64,000 nt of DNA, taken from positions 8,308,001 through 8,372,000 of the forward strand of contig NC_043025.1 in assembly GCF_006345805.1 (NCBI RefSeq), written 5' to 3'. How positions within the stretch are numbered: the first letter of the stretch is position 1; the number at the start of each line of letters is the position of its first letter. This document shows, piece after piece, positions 12,955 to 25,639 of the stretch. Under the pieces are notes generated by a model. The model was not told the origin of the DNA. It searched no databases and was given only the letters and a program-made list of their open reading frames with translations. A program made the position numbers and the translations under genes. The stretch is from Octopus sinensis. Taxonomy: Eukaryota.

Positions 12955-14035
12955 ATCATTGTTATTGAGTGAGAGAGCAGTGCATGCCATCAAAGTGACA
13001 CTGGGGTAAAATATACGAAGCCCAATATACCCATCATGACTACCCGTCTGATAAGGGTACACCAGGCACATGCATCACAACCATATGTGCGCGACATGGT
13101 GATCTCATATCAAGATAAACAGCCCAGTTAGAATTTTCTTCTGGTCAAGTAACCCATCCCGCTCAAAAGGTCCCTGAATAAGGGTTATTTAAGGATGTTG
13201 AACAAAGCACCCATGTTTCCAGAGGTGAATTATTCAAGCCCCAAAGAATCCCTCTCAACACTGGCTATGATGCTCCCCCCACTACTTCTGCTGCTCGTGA
13301 TCAGAGATGCACATATCGTCAGCCACTAAGGGACATGCTCAACTGGTTAAGGTCAAACATTGACAAGCAAATCTGTGATATTGAGCAGAATATTTGCTGT
13401 AGCCCATCTTTTATATGAAGAAAAACATGTAATGATGACACTTCAATCAGTTAAGATCAGAAGCCATGAGGGCCACTGCCTGGTACTGCATCATCAGGCA
13501 TTAGCAAATCTGTGGTATTAGAGAAGTTTGCTGTCCCATCTTTTATACCAAGACCAAACAATGTACATGATAACACTTCCAATCAGTTAAAGATAAAGCC
13601 ATGAGAGCCACTGCCTGTACTGCATCAGGGCATTAGCAAATCTGTGGTATTGAGCAAATATTTGCTGTAGCCCATCTTTTATACCAAGACAAAACAATGT
13701 ACATGATAACACTTCATCAGTTAAGATCAGAAGCCGCGAGCGCCACTGCCTGGTACTGCATCAGGGCATTAGCAAATCTGTGGTATTGAGCAGAATATTT
13801 GCTTTGCTGTCCCATCTTATACCAAGACAAAACAATGTACATGATAACACTTCCCATCAGTTAAGATCAAAGCGCGAGCGCCACTGCCTGGTACTGCATC
13901 AGGGCATTAGCAAATCTGTGGTATTGAGCAGAATATTTGCTGTAGCCCATCTTTTATACCAAGACAAAACAATGTACATGATGACACTTCCAATCAGTTA
14001 AGATCAGAAGCCGCGAGCGCCACTGCCTGGTAACT
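12955..14035 (-). mobile_element. Same TAA-tailed family, with a ~136-bp internal segment amplified x5
   Basis: Reverse-complement match to 22567-23045; agcaaatctgtg recurs at 13366, 13503, 13635, 13771 and 13909. Confidence 0.8.
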
Positions 14036-14090
14036 GCCACACAGTCATTAATAATTGCTATTCTCTATTCTGTTGTTCTGTTTCTTCTAG

Positions 14091-14160
14091 GTTCTTGGTC
14101 CCAGGATGGCGTATGGGATGGATTGTCATCAACGACCGTGGAGGTGTCTTTGAAAAAGAA
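14091..14160 (+). CDS. TAT: TAT exon (70 nt)
   Basis: ttctag/gtaatg; (R)FLVPGWRMGWIVINDRGGVFEKE. Confidence 0.95.
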
Positions 14161-14599
14161 GTAATGTTGCTTTCCATGTCGTTGTTGTTGTTGTTGTTGT
14201 TATCATGCTTAGAAGTATTTTGAGAGCTGATGGTTGTGACGATTTTGTTGTTGCCATTGTTAACTTTTACATGCACGTCCGTTGCCAGCCTCGCCTGGCC
14301 CTCGTGCCGGTGGCACATAAAAAGCACCATCCGTTCGTGGCCGTTTGCCAGCTCTGTCTGGCACCAGTGCGGGTGGCACGTAAAAAGCACCCACTACACT
14401 CACGGAGTGGTTGGCGTTAGGAAGGGCATCCAGCCGTAGAAACACTGCCAGATTTGACTGGGCCTGATGAAGCCTTCTGGCTTCACAGACCCCAGTAGAA
14501 CCGTCCAACCCATGCTAGCATGGAAAACGGACGCTAAACGATGATGATGATGATGATGATGACACACACACACATAGCCCCATATATATACTCTTGCTC

Positions 14600-15435
14600 T
14601 TTCTCTTTTTACTTGTTTCAGTCATTTGACTGCGGCCATGCTGGAGCACCGCCTTTAGTCGAGCAAATCGACTTGTTCTTTTGTAAGCCCAGTACTTATT
14701 CTATCGGTCTCTTTTGCTGAACCGCTAGGTGACGGGGACATAAACACACCAGCATCGGTTGTCAAGCAATGCTAGGGGGACAAACACAAACACACACACA
14801 TGTGTATATATAACTTTTACTCTTGTTCCAGTCATTTGACTGCGGCCATGCTGGAGCACCGCCTTTAGTCGAGCAAATCGACTTGTTCTTTTGTAAGCCC
14901 AGTACTTATTCTATCGGTCTCTTTTGCTGAACCGCTAGGTGACGGGGACATAAACACACCAGCATCGGTTGTCAAGCAATGCTAGGGGGACAAACAGAAA
15001 CACACGCACATATGTATATATAACTTTTACACTTTTACTCTTGTTCCAGTCATTTGACTGTGGCCATGCTGGAGCACTGCCTTTAGTCGAACAAATTGAC
15101 ACCAGGACTTATTCTTTGTAAGCCCAGTACTTATTCTATCGGATCTCATTTGCTGAACCGCTAAGTAACGGGGACGTAAACACACCAGCATTGGTTGTCA
15201 AGCAATGCTAGGGGGACAAACACACACACAAACATATACACACACATACATATATATATATATACATATATACGACAGGCTTCTTTCAGTTTCCGTCTAC
15301 CAAATCCACTCAGAAGGCATTGGTCGGCCCAGGGCTATAGCAGAAGACACTTGCCCAAGATGCCACGCAGTGGGATTGAACCTGGAACCATGTGGTTGGT
15401 AAGCAAGCTACTTACCACACAGCCACCCCTACGCC
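14600..15435 (-). mobile_element. SINE family 1 with its 3' half present three times in tandem
   Basis: cagtcatttgactg(c/t)ggccatgctggagcac recurs at about 14620, 14830 and 15048; only the last unit continues to the tRNA head. Confidence 0.85.
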
Positions 15436-16032
15436 TATATATCAGCTGCATTAATTGTGGTTTTCGCAATCAGGGTGGATGGGGATCTATGCTTTCTTGT
15501 GTAACAGGATGAGAGTTTCAGGAACACTGGAGGGGTGTCCGGTCTGATCTTGTCACATACAAGTTGAAGAAACGGAACCAAAGTCAGGCTGTCTTCGATA
15601 ACAACAATAGTGGTTTATTCTGCGGTTCACAGGTAAAACATATACATATGTATTTCTTGTGGGGAAACCGGCAGCCGAGTCCACGGGACTGTACATAAAT
15701 GTTCACTCGTGTAAGCCAAGAAGATACGGTGTTCATTCCCGCTTCGAAGTGAGAGCTTCTCTGTGCGTAGGGTGGATGTTCCCTGAGAGAAGTCGAGCCA
15801 CGTCCGATCGCTAGCGCTGCTCTGCCAGAAAGACCGATTTAGTGAATCCGTCGCAGGTGAGCTGCAAGATGCAGGAGGAAAGAGTGAGAGAAAGTTCCGG
15901 CGAAAGAATCAGCAGAAGTTTCGCCATTACCTTCTGCCGGAGCCGCGTGCAGCCAAGGTGTTTCGCTCATAAACACACACATCGCCCGGTCTGAGATTCG
16001 AACCTGTGATCCCTCGATAGGCCATGTGGCTC

Positions 16033-16065
<33 letters not shown>

Positions 16066-16110
16066 TTTTTTTTTTTGTCTCTATCATTTGTCATACCTCT
16101 CTCTCTCTAT

Positions 16111-16154
<44 letters not shown>

Positions 16155-16439
16155 GTATGACAAATGATAGAGACAAAAAATGGAATATACAAGAAACTTT
16201 ATTGCTCATAACAAATCATTTCAGCCCATCCTACATCGATCCCTTGTGGGTGAAATATTGTACAACGGGAGAAGTAAGCAACCAATCTGTTTCTATGTTC
16301 AACAAATCCCATATCTTGCAACTTGATGTGAAGGGCCTTCACAGCTAGCTTTGTCTATTTTATGCCTGTTTCTGTCCTGTTCCCATCATGTTTTCCTCTT
16401 TTATTTTCAACCATTGGTGCCTAGATCTTTCACTTCTGA

Positions 16440-17430
16440 GACCTTTAACTGCTTGATATATTGGCTTCAAATTTTGGCACAAGGCTAGGAATTTTGGGGA
16501 AAGATGCTAGTTGATTACATCAACCCAAGTGTTCAGCTGGTACTTAATTTACCAACCCCCAAAAAGATGCAAAGCAATATCAACCTTGGTAGCATTTGAA
16601 CCCAGAACATGCAGGTAGATGAAATACCTATTTCTTTACTACCCACAAGGGGCTAAACACAGAGGGGAACAAACAAGGACAGACAAACAGATTAAGTCGA
16701 TTACATCGACCCCAGTGCGTAACTGGTACTTAATTTATCGGCGACCTGGCAGAATCGTTAGCATGCCGGGTGAAATGCTTAGCGGTATTTCGTCTGCCAT
16801 TACATTGTGAGTTCAAATTCAGCTGAGGTCGACTTTGCCTTTCATCCTTTCGGGGTCGATAAACATAGAGGGGACAAACAAGGACAGACATAGGTATTAA
16901 GTCAATTACATCGACCCCAGTGCGTAACTGGTACTTATTTAATCGGCCCCGAGAGGATGAAAGGCAAAGTCGACCTCAGCGGAATTTGAACTCAGAACGT
17001 AGCGGCAGACGAAATACCTATTTCTTTACTACCCACAAGGGGCTAAACACAGAGAGGACAAACAAGGACAGACAAAGGGGTTAAGTCGATTACATCGACC
17101 CCAGTGCGTAACTGGTACTTATTTAATTGACCCCGAAAGGATGAAAGGCAAAGTCGACCTCGGCGGAATTTGAACTCTGAATGTGTCTGTTCTTGTTTGT
17201 CCCCTCTATGTTTAGCCCCTTATGGGTAATAAAGAAATAGGTACTTAATTTATCGACCCTGAAAGGATGAAAGGCAAAGTCGACCTCGGCAGAATTTGAA
17301 CTCAGAACGTAGCGGCAGACAAAATACAGTTACTCATTTTGCCCGGCGTGCTAACGTTTCTACCAGCTCGCCGCCTGATGAAATACCAGTAAGTATTTTC
17401 ACCGGTATGCTAACAATTCTACCAGCTCGC
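16440..17430. mobile_element. Mosaic of SINE family 3 fragments in mixed orientation
   Basis: Repeated acagaggg(g)acaaacaaggacagac and aggatgaaaggcaaagtcgacctc blocks, with two inverted pieces. Confidence 0.78.
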
Positions 17431-17579
17431 TGCCTTGACTGTCTTCCAGCTGGAACCAAAACATGTCAGCCAAACTCATCATCACTTATTCTTCTTGGCA
17501 TTTTCATCATATCTCAAACCACTTAATTTCTCACAAAACTGTGCCATTTTATCAGTGGGATCCTTTTTTAATGTTTTCT

Positions 17580-18186
17580 TTTCAAAGACTATCTGCGACG
17601 ATTTCATCTCAATCGAAGGAGAGGGGCTTTCTCTGTCCGGGTTGCGGATCCGTGGAATAAGCTGCCGGATGAGATAGTGAAGATGCCGACGACCGCTCGG
17701 TTCAAAGTCTCTCTTGACCAGAAATGGCCTGAATTCTTTACATGAACACCACCCTGTACATAACTCCCTGTCCCACTTCATGGCCTTGCTTTTTGCTTTT
17801 TAAGCCAAAAAATTAACTTAACTTAACTTAACTTAACATACACACATTACATACATCATAAGCGGAAAGTGTAACCTCTCGAAAGAGCTGTTCTTCACTC
17901 CTGCTCCAGAGCGTCGGCTGCGGGGTCACTCCGAAAAGCTCTATCTGCGATGATTTCATCTCAATCGAAGGAGAGGGGCTTTCTCCGTCCGGGTTGCGGA
18001 TCCGTGGAATAAGCTGCCGGATGAGATAGTGAAGATGCCGACGACCGCTCGGTTCAAAGTCTCTCTTGACCAGAAATGGCCTGAACTCTTTGCATGAACA
18101 CCCTCCCTGTACATAACTCCATGTCCCCCTACATGGCCTTGCTTTTTGCTTTTTGAACCAAAAAATTAACTTAACTTAACTTAACT
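17580..18186 (+). mobile_element. Two tandem CR1/L2-like LINE 3' ends with (AACTT)n tails
   Basis: GAFSVRVADPWNKLPDEIVKMPTTARFKVSLDQKWPE* in both copies (about 17580-17837 and 17860-18186). Confidence 0.82.
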
Positions 18187-18279
18187 ATAATGCAATAAGT
18201 TATCATTGGATTGCTATTCCAATTATTGTAACACTAACGAGTTCTGCTAATTAACGTATTATGTTGTTGTTGTTTCTAG

Positions 18280-18408
18280 ATACGAGGTGGTCTCCTGAAT
18301 CTCAGCCAGAAAATCCTCGGACCATGTACCTTGGTGCAGGGTGCCTTACCAACTATCCTGAAAAACACAGAAAAGAGTTTCTTTGACTCAGTCATTACCA
18401 TTGTCGAA
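18280..18408 (+). CDS. TAT: TAT exon (129 nt)
   Basis: ttctag/gtaggt; IRGGLLNLSQKILGPCTLVQGALPTILKNTEKSFFDSVITIVE. Confidence 0.95.
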
Positions 18409-18829
18409 GTAGGTGATTGATTTATTGACTTATCAATTTGAATTATTGCTCAATTAATCAATTCATCCATTCATTCATTGAAAGAATGATTAACTAAGTA
18501 ATTAATGATTGGGTGAATAATTGAGTGATGACTCACTGAGTTATGATTGAAGGTTGATAGAATGATTGCTTAGTTGAGTTAGTGATTGATTGATTAGTTG
18601 ATTTATTATTGATTTATTTGTTCAATAGATTGACTGATTCATTGAGGGTTTGATTGAATATATAATTAGTCCAGTGATTAATTGAATGATTAGGTTGTTG
18701 GGTTTATACATTTGACTGACTGATTAATTGACATAGATTTATTGGTTAATTGATTGTGCCTTGAGTGATTAATTAATTGCACTACTTTTGCAGTTTTTGA
18801 GAGTATAATTAGTGGTTTGTGTTAAAGCA

Positions 18830-20760
18830 TATTGCATTAAATTTTAGTTGGTATTTATTTATAAAATGTACTCCTTTGTTGGTTTGTTGCTGTTCTGTCT
18901 TTTAATCCCTGCACCAAGAGAATGGGAAGACAGAACCTGGATAAAATTCATCCCCCACAATTTTCAATAAGTTAACTCAAGAAAATTTTCCTTGTATATG
19001 TTTGCTTCATCTGTTGGTGTTGTACTGTCATCCTTTCTTTTCTGAATATCGTGTCTGTACAATATAATATTCATAAGAATCTTTACATGTTTTAATAGAT
19101 GTTTAAATTATCTGAATGACATTACAATTTTCAATAAGTTTAACTAAGAAATTTTCCTTGTATATGTTTGCTTCATCTGTTGGTGTTGTACTGTCATCCT
19201 TTCTTTTCTGAATATCGTGTCTGTACAATATAATATTCATAAGAATCTTTACATGTTTTAATAGATGTTTAAATTATCTGAATGACATTACAATTTTCAA
19301 TAAGTTAACTCAAGAAAATTTTCCTTGTATATGTTTGCTTCATCTGTTGGTGTTGTACTGTCATCCTTTCTTTTCTGAATATCGTGTCTGTACAATATAA
19401 TATTCATAAGAATCTTTACATGTTTTAATAGATGTTTAAATTATCTGAATGACATTACAATTTTCAATAAGTTAACTCAAGAAAATTTTCCTTGTATATG
19501 TTTGCTTCATCTGTTGGTGTTGTACTGTCATCCTTTCTTTGAATATCGTGTCTGTACAATTAATATTCATAAGAATCTTTACATGTTTTAATAGATGTTT
19601 AAATATCTGAATGACATTACAATTTTCAATAAGTTAACTCAAGAAAATTTTCCTTGTATATGTTTGCTTCATCTGTTGGTGTTGTACTGTCATCCTTTCT
19701 TTTCTGAATATCGTGTCTGTACAATATAATATTCATAAGAATCTTTACGTGTTTTAATAGATGTTTAAATAATATGAATGACATTAAAAGTTGTTTTTAA
19801 TTCTAAAAATTGGTTCTTCTTTGAAATAATGATAAGGATTTCCTAGTAGATAGCTCCACAGGTTGGTCAATTGCATTTGTTGACTTTAGAATCAGTAGCC
19901 TTGTTTGTAACTTTGCATTCATCAGTATTTTTTAATGATTTTGTTTTTGTCTCTTGTTTTTTTACGATTGAATAATTTTCAAAGACCTTTTCTCAATTTT
20001 GATCCCATATTTGTAGGTTTACATGTTAGTGAAGATTTTAGCATTCTATGATTTAAAAGTCAAAATATATGGTATAATTTTTTTTCTTTCTGTTTTTATT
20101 TCTCAAAGCTCCAAGATGTTAATTTGCTTTGCTTTTTAAATTCCAAAATTAATTAAATCAAGAAGGTATTTGCTTTTGAGAAATATTTCTCCCAGTCTGT
20201 GATTTTTTGTTGGAGAATTTAAGGCTGATGTTATACTAAGTTGTTGGGTTTACTAGTTTTACTAAGGGAATGCTAATCTGAAAGACATAAATAGGGGACA
20301 TTGCTGAGAGACAATGAATTTAAAATGTATATATATTTCTGGTATTGTGCTTCTTTTTGCCATTAGTATTTCTAAGAAGGGGAGTTTATCAATACTAACT
20401 CCATATGGAATTGGATGTGAGGGTTTAATGTTGCTGATTAGATTTTAAAATTTAGTCAGTTTATCAAGATTTACCTTCTATAGAATAAGGCAGTTGTTCA
20501 GGAATCTTTCCCAATTTTCTTTCAAAAAACAGCAGAAATTATTTCCCAAAATTGTGAGGATTGTTTATAGATCTTCAATTCAGGTCAGCAGGTTAGCATG
20601 TATTGGCACAACTTTAGTTCCCATGGTTTCCCCTGAAGGGTAGTTTCATGGTTTTTCTATGGGTAGTTTCATTGAACATGAACCAAGTGCTTCCTACAAT
20701 AGTATTAAGGCTTTTTACAATAAATGTTTCTATCCATAAGTATTTAAGTCTAGCCAGTAT
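18830..20760 (-). mobile_element. Heavily decayed Penelope-like retroelement (RT plus GIY-YIG)
   Basis: Frameshifted - strand fragments MGTKVVPIHANL (RT), DKLPFLEILM (RT), EYYIVQT...RMTVQHQQ (GIY-YIG YIGQT region) and HFINKYQLKFN (C-terminus), in the expected order. Confidence 0.65.
18958..19788. repeat. Tandem repeat, ~167-bp unit x5
   Basis: caattttcaataagtt recurs at 18958, 19125, 19291, 19458 and 19620. Confidence 0.95.
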
Positions 20761-20836
20761 ATATATATATGTATATATATATATGTGTGTGTATGTTATA
20801 TATATATTTGCACTGTCTTTTAATTTTTTTGCATAG

Positions 20837-20920
20837 GAAAATGCCAAATTCTGTCATGAAAGTTTGCTGAGAATTCCAGGACTGAAACCAGTAATGCCAC
20901 AGGGAGCATTGTATATGATG
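20837..20920 (+). CDS. TAT: TAT exon (84 nt)
   Basis: gcatag/gtgagt; ENAKFCHESLLRIPGLKPVMPQGALYMM. Confidence 0.95.
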
Positions 20921-21039
20921 GTGAGTAACAAGTTGTAAGAACTTATATTTAAAAATAGTAATTCTTTCCTCCGTCCTTCAGTCATGAAACTCAAGCCATG
21001 TCTAACTTACAAAAAGACATAGCTATATGGTTAAGATAT

Positions 21040-21700
21040 TTAATAATAATAATAATGAAATTATTGTATTCAGTGCTCAGGTGCACCACAACTTGTCAGA
21101 AAGTGCATATAAAGTATATGCAGTAATGTACAAATGTCTGGAAAGTGAACAATGTATGAGTCACATACATGCTTACATGTGTATGGAGGGGAGGAGAAGA
21201 TCAGGTGTAGTGTTGGCGAATCTCAGGAAGCATGGAAGTTTTGAAGGATGCAGTGCTCCGACAACTAACAACTGATGCTGGCAGTTTGTTCCATGCTTCA
21301 GCGACTCTCAGCGTGTAAAAATGTTTCCTAAAGTCATGGGAGCTGTACTGTTTTCTGACTTTGTAAATATGTCCACGAGTGTTAGATAGGTGGAGTTTGA
21401 AAAGGTGCTCAGAGTTATTGTTTGTAAGATGGTTAATAATTTTATGGGTGTCTGCCAAGTCAGCTGCCAGACGTAAGAGTTTCAATGTGTCCAAGCCCAG
21501 GGAAGTAAGGTGTTCATAATATGGCAAATGCCTGATGGAGGGTATTCTCTTGATTGTCAGATATATGCTTGTGTGTGTATGGAGGGGAGAAAATCAGGTG
21601 TAGTGTTGGCGAATCTCAGGAAGCATGGAAGTTTTGAAGGATGCAACAAACTGCTGGCATCAGTTGTTAGTTGTCGGAGCACTGCATCCTTCAAAACTTC
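21040..21700 (-). mobile_element. CR1-like LINE 3' end, second family, (ATT)n tail, with rearranged fragments
   Basis: TLKLLRLAADL...NTRGHIYKVRK...FRKHFYTLRVAEAWNKLP. Confidence 0.82.
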
Positions 21701-21726
21701 AAAAAAGGTATTTTTCGATGTTATTA

Positions 21727-21894
21727 TATTATCATTATTCAGGTCACTGCCTGGAAGCGAACTCGGAATCTTGGGGTTAGTAGCCCGTGCTCTTAACCAC
21801 TATGCCATATGCCTGTGGGCATAACGGTTAATAGCACAGGCTACTAACCCCAAGATTCCAAGTTTGATTGCAGGCATTGACCTGAATAATGATG

Positions 21895-21928
<34 letters not shown>

Positions 21929-21935
21929 TAATAAT
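21727..21935. mobile_element. Head-to-head pair of very short tRNA-like, TAA-tailed elements forming a hairpin
   Basis: (t)ggcatagtggttaagagcac...ccgagttcg...gacctgaataat on - strand at 21727-21808, mirrored on + strand at 21818-21935. Confidence 0.5.
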
Positions 21936-21954
21936 AACAATATAGAAGGAATAT

Positions 21955-22526
21955 TAGAGACATCACAACAATATAGCCAGGCTTGTCCATTGGACACTTT
22001 GCAATAAGTATGGACTTGATAGAGCAACAAATTGGCACGACCACAAACCTGAAGGCATTGTTAAAAATAGAAATGCATAGATCCTATAGGATTTTATGAT
22101 TCAGTGTGACCGTGAGATTGAGAATAGGAAGCCGGACATAGTCTTAAGTGAGAAAGAAAACAAACTATGCTGATCATCGATATAGCATGCCCAGCTGACA
22201 ACAAGGGGTGCAATAAGGAAGAAAGGAAAGTCGAGAGATATGACAGGTTAGCTTGGGAGGTTAATCAGTTGTGGTTGATGAAAAAGGTAGCAGTAGTACC
22301 AATAATTGTCAGAGCCTTAGGAACAGTGAGCAAAAATCTCAAGAGGTATGTGGAACAAATAGGGGCTGCAATAAGGGTGGAGCACTTGCAGAAAACAGCA
22401 CTGCTTGGAACTGCTCGAATACTCCGGAGGGTGCTCGAAAAATAAGAGGTGTTACCTCAGTTCACTGGTACTGAACAGCTGACACTGTAGTACATCTTCA
22501 GCATTAGAAGCTGTGCAATGGCAATA

Positions 22527-22563
<37 letters not shown>
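21955..22563 (+). mobile_element. R4/Dong-like non-LTR retrotransposon 3' end (restriction-like endonuclease), (TAA)n-flanked
   Basis: RLVHWTLCNKYG...HKPEG...DFMIQCDREIENRKPDIV...DIACP...LQKTALLGTARILRRVL; (TAA)n tracts on both sides. Confidence 0.8.
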
Positions 22564-22566
<3 letters not shown>

Positions 22567-23199
22567 TGTCTTGGTATAAAAGATGGGCTACAGCAAATAT
22601 TCTGCTCAATACCACAGATTTGCTTGTCAGTTGTTTGACCTTAACCAGTTGAGCATGTCCCTTAGTGGCTGACGATATGTGCATCTCTGATCACGAGCAG
22701 AAGTAGTGGGGGAGCATCATAGCCATGTGTTGAGAGGGATTCTTTGGGGTTTGAATAATTCACCTCTGGAAACATGGGTGGTTCTTTCAACATCCTTAAA
22801 CAATCCTTATTCAAGGACCTTTTGAGCGGGATGGGCTACTCAACCTGAAGAAAATTCTAACTGGGCCCCACCTGCAAGGTCATGTGCTGTTTATCTTGAT
22901 ATGAGATCACCATGTCGCGCACATATGGTTGTGATGCATGTGCCTGGTGTACCTTTATCAGACGGGTAGTCATGATGGGTATATTGGGCTTCGTATATTT
23001 TACCCCAGTGTCACTTTGATGGCATGAACTGCTCTCTCACTCAATAATAATAATAATAATAATAATTATTATAATAATAACAACAACAATAATGCATGTG
23101 CCTAGTGTACCCTCATCAGACGGGTAGTCATGATAGGTATACTGGGCTTCGTATATTTTACCCCAGTGTCACTTTGATGGCATGCACTGCTCTCTCAAT

Positions 23200-23237
<38 letters not shown>
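22567..23237 (+). mobile_element. Non-coding (TAA)n-tailed retroposon family: one ~480-bp copy plus a 3' fragment
   Basis: Ends ...gtcactttgatggcatg(c/a)actgctctctca-(ATA)n; homologous to 12955-14035 and 40840-42020. Confidence 0.75.
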
Positions 23238-23240
<3 letters not shown>

Positions 23241-23705
23241 GCATTCCCTGTGATCATAATATCTCAGCGAAAGAGTTTGACAAGCTCAGAAAATATAAAG
23301 ACCTGCTCATTGAAATTGAGAAAATGTGGCATCTCAAGGCAGTTACAATACCAGTGATCGTAGGAGCACTAGGAATGATCAAGAAGGGAACCGAAAATTA
23401 TATGAGAATGATCCCTGGCTTACCATCCCTGCAAGAAGTGCAAAAGATTGTCTTAACTGGTACATCACACGTATTGAGAAGAGCATTGTCGATGTGAGAA
23501 CTATTACTACCCATGTATTTTAATTTAACTTTCAAAAACAAAAAAAAAAAAGAACGAACTAGTGAGTGAGTTTAGTTTAATGGCCTACCAATGTATACTA
23601 TGAGTTTCTTTGCCCTAGGAGTCGGGAAGACACTCGGCAAGAAATGGAAGCAAATTTGAAAGAAGAAAAAAAAAAAATAATAATAATAATAATAATAAAT
23701 AATAA
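23238..23705 (+). mobile_element. Second, divergent R4/Dong-like RLE 3' fragment between (TAA)n tracts
   Basis: SIPCDHNISAKEFDKLRKYKDLLIEIEKMW...PVIVGALG...QKIVLTGTSHVLRRAL. Confidence 0.78.
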
Positions 23706-23904
23706 TATCGAAAAATACCTTAGGAATGAGAACCCAGGTTCAAAATTTCCCCAAGACACCTGATGAAGGCTGGAGGGTATATCAGCCAAAATATTATGTT
23801 AACAGCAAAGAAGAGGAGGACAAATATCTATCAAATGTAAATAATGTACAAAATTCCTCATCTCTTAAATATAGAACTGAATGATAAATCTCTTGGAATT
23901 CTAG

Positions 23905-24003
23905 GTTGGCATTCAAATGGAACATTTTCCTGATTTCCCAAATGACCAAACTTTTGTTGAACAACTGGTTGAGGAACAAAGTGTCTTCTGTTTACCAGCA
24001 TCC
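23905..24003 (+). CDS. TAT: TAT exon (99 nt)
   Basis: ctag/gtaagt; [33 protein letters not shown]. Confidence 0.96.
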
Positions 24004-24024
24004 GTAAGTGCTCTACTAGCAGAC

Positions 24025-24147
24025 ATCTCTCTCTCTCTCTCTCTCTCTCTTTTGCTGCAATTATGTATCTCTCTCTTTCAAACTCTTTTTCTGCCTCCCC
24101 TGCTTTTGCTGTGAAGACATTTCTCTCTCTCTTTTGCTCTGAAGACA

Positions 24148-24238
<91 letters not shown>

Positions 24239-24431
24239 CTCAGTATGATTATTCGTCAATTTCTTTCAACACCTCTCTTTGTCTCTCTCTCTCTCTCACT
24301 CTCTCTAAATCCACCTCACTTTGTCAATGTCCCTCTCTCTCTCACACTCTCTCTCTTTCTTTCCCTTTCTCTCTAAACCCACCTCCTTTTGTCATTGCCT
24401 CTTCCTCTCTCTCTAAACCCATTCCTCTTTA

Positions 24432-24467
<36 letters not shown>

Positions 24468-25500
24468 CAAAATCATTTCTCTTCAAACTCACCTCCCATC
24501 ATCGTTCACCCCCTCACTCCCTACCTCTCTCTCTCTCTTTCTGTCTCATTTTCTTTCCCTTTCTCTCTAAACCCACCTCTCTTTCTCATTTTCTCTCTCT
24601 CTCCCCCTCTTCCAACAATCCTTTCACTCTAATCTCTCCTTGCTTTCTCGTTGTCTTTCCAAAATCCATTTCTTTGAAAACAGAGGGTTACCCACTTGCA
24701 AACAAATGTGGTAACATATAACAATATTGACCAAGGTTACCGTGGTCTTTTTCGTAGGCTTTTCTTCCCACGGATAAACCTTACTTGCTTTCCCCTTTAC
24801 ACCATACATCATGACACTGTGATACACGATCCCTATTGATCGTTTTTTTTCCTCTTCCCCCCTTTTTTTCCTCTTTTTTCTTCTTTTTTCATTTTTCTTT
24901 TCTTTTGTTCCTTTTCCTTTTTTTCTTTTTTTTGTTCTTTTTTCCATTTTACGATCCCTTTTGATCGAAAACCTACGCCACCCTTTTTTTTTTTGTTTCT
25001 TTTGTTTTTTTCATCCCCCAAAAGAAAAGCTCTACCTTGTAACTTGTCCCATCTGTGTGCAGCCCTGTGTAGCCAATAAAGAAACTTTAAATCCATTTCT
25101 TTCCTTCAAGACTTCATTCACTTTCTCTCTGATTATGTATCCATCTATTTCAACATCTCTCCCTGCCCTCTCTCTCTCTCTCTCACACTTTCTCTCACTC
25201 ACTCGCTATCTCTCTCTCGCTCTCTCTGATTGCATATGCATCTATTTCAACATCTCTCTCCTTCTCTCTCTTTCTCTGTCTGTCTCTCCCTCTCTCTCTC
25301 TCTCCCCCTCTCACACTCCATTTCTCTCTCACTTTATCTTTTCTCTCACCCTCTCCTTAATTATCCATCTATTTCAACATCTCTCTCTAACTCCCTTTCA
25401 CTCTCTCTGATTTTGTATCTATCTATTTCAACAACTCTCTCCTCTCTCATTCTCCCTTTCTCACTCTCTCTCTCTCTCTCTCTCTCACTCTGCTTCTCCC
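24025..25500. repeat. Polypyrimidine/(CT)n-rich tract
   Basis: Direct reading; a similar tract lies at about 3300-3680. Confidence 0.85.
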
Positions 25501-25639
25501 ATGTAAACACAATTTCACACTAAACTCCATACAACACACTGTACAACATAACCCACACTACCATGCTACAATCCATACATCCTCCCCAAACCACACCATA
25601 CTACGACCTACACACTTCACACACCTAACTAATCCATGG

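Noticed and set aside
15551-15835. Solo LTR (TGTCACA end, AATAAA on - strand)
   Set aside because: The other terminus is obscured by a SINE; no TSD, PBS, PPT or second copy in the window.
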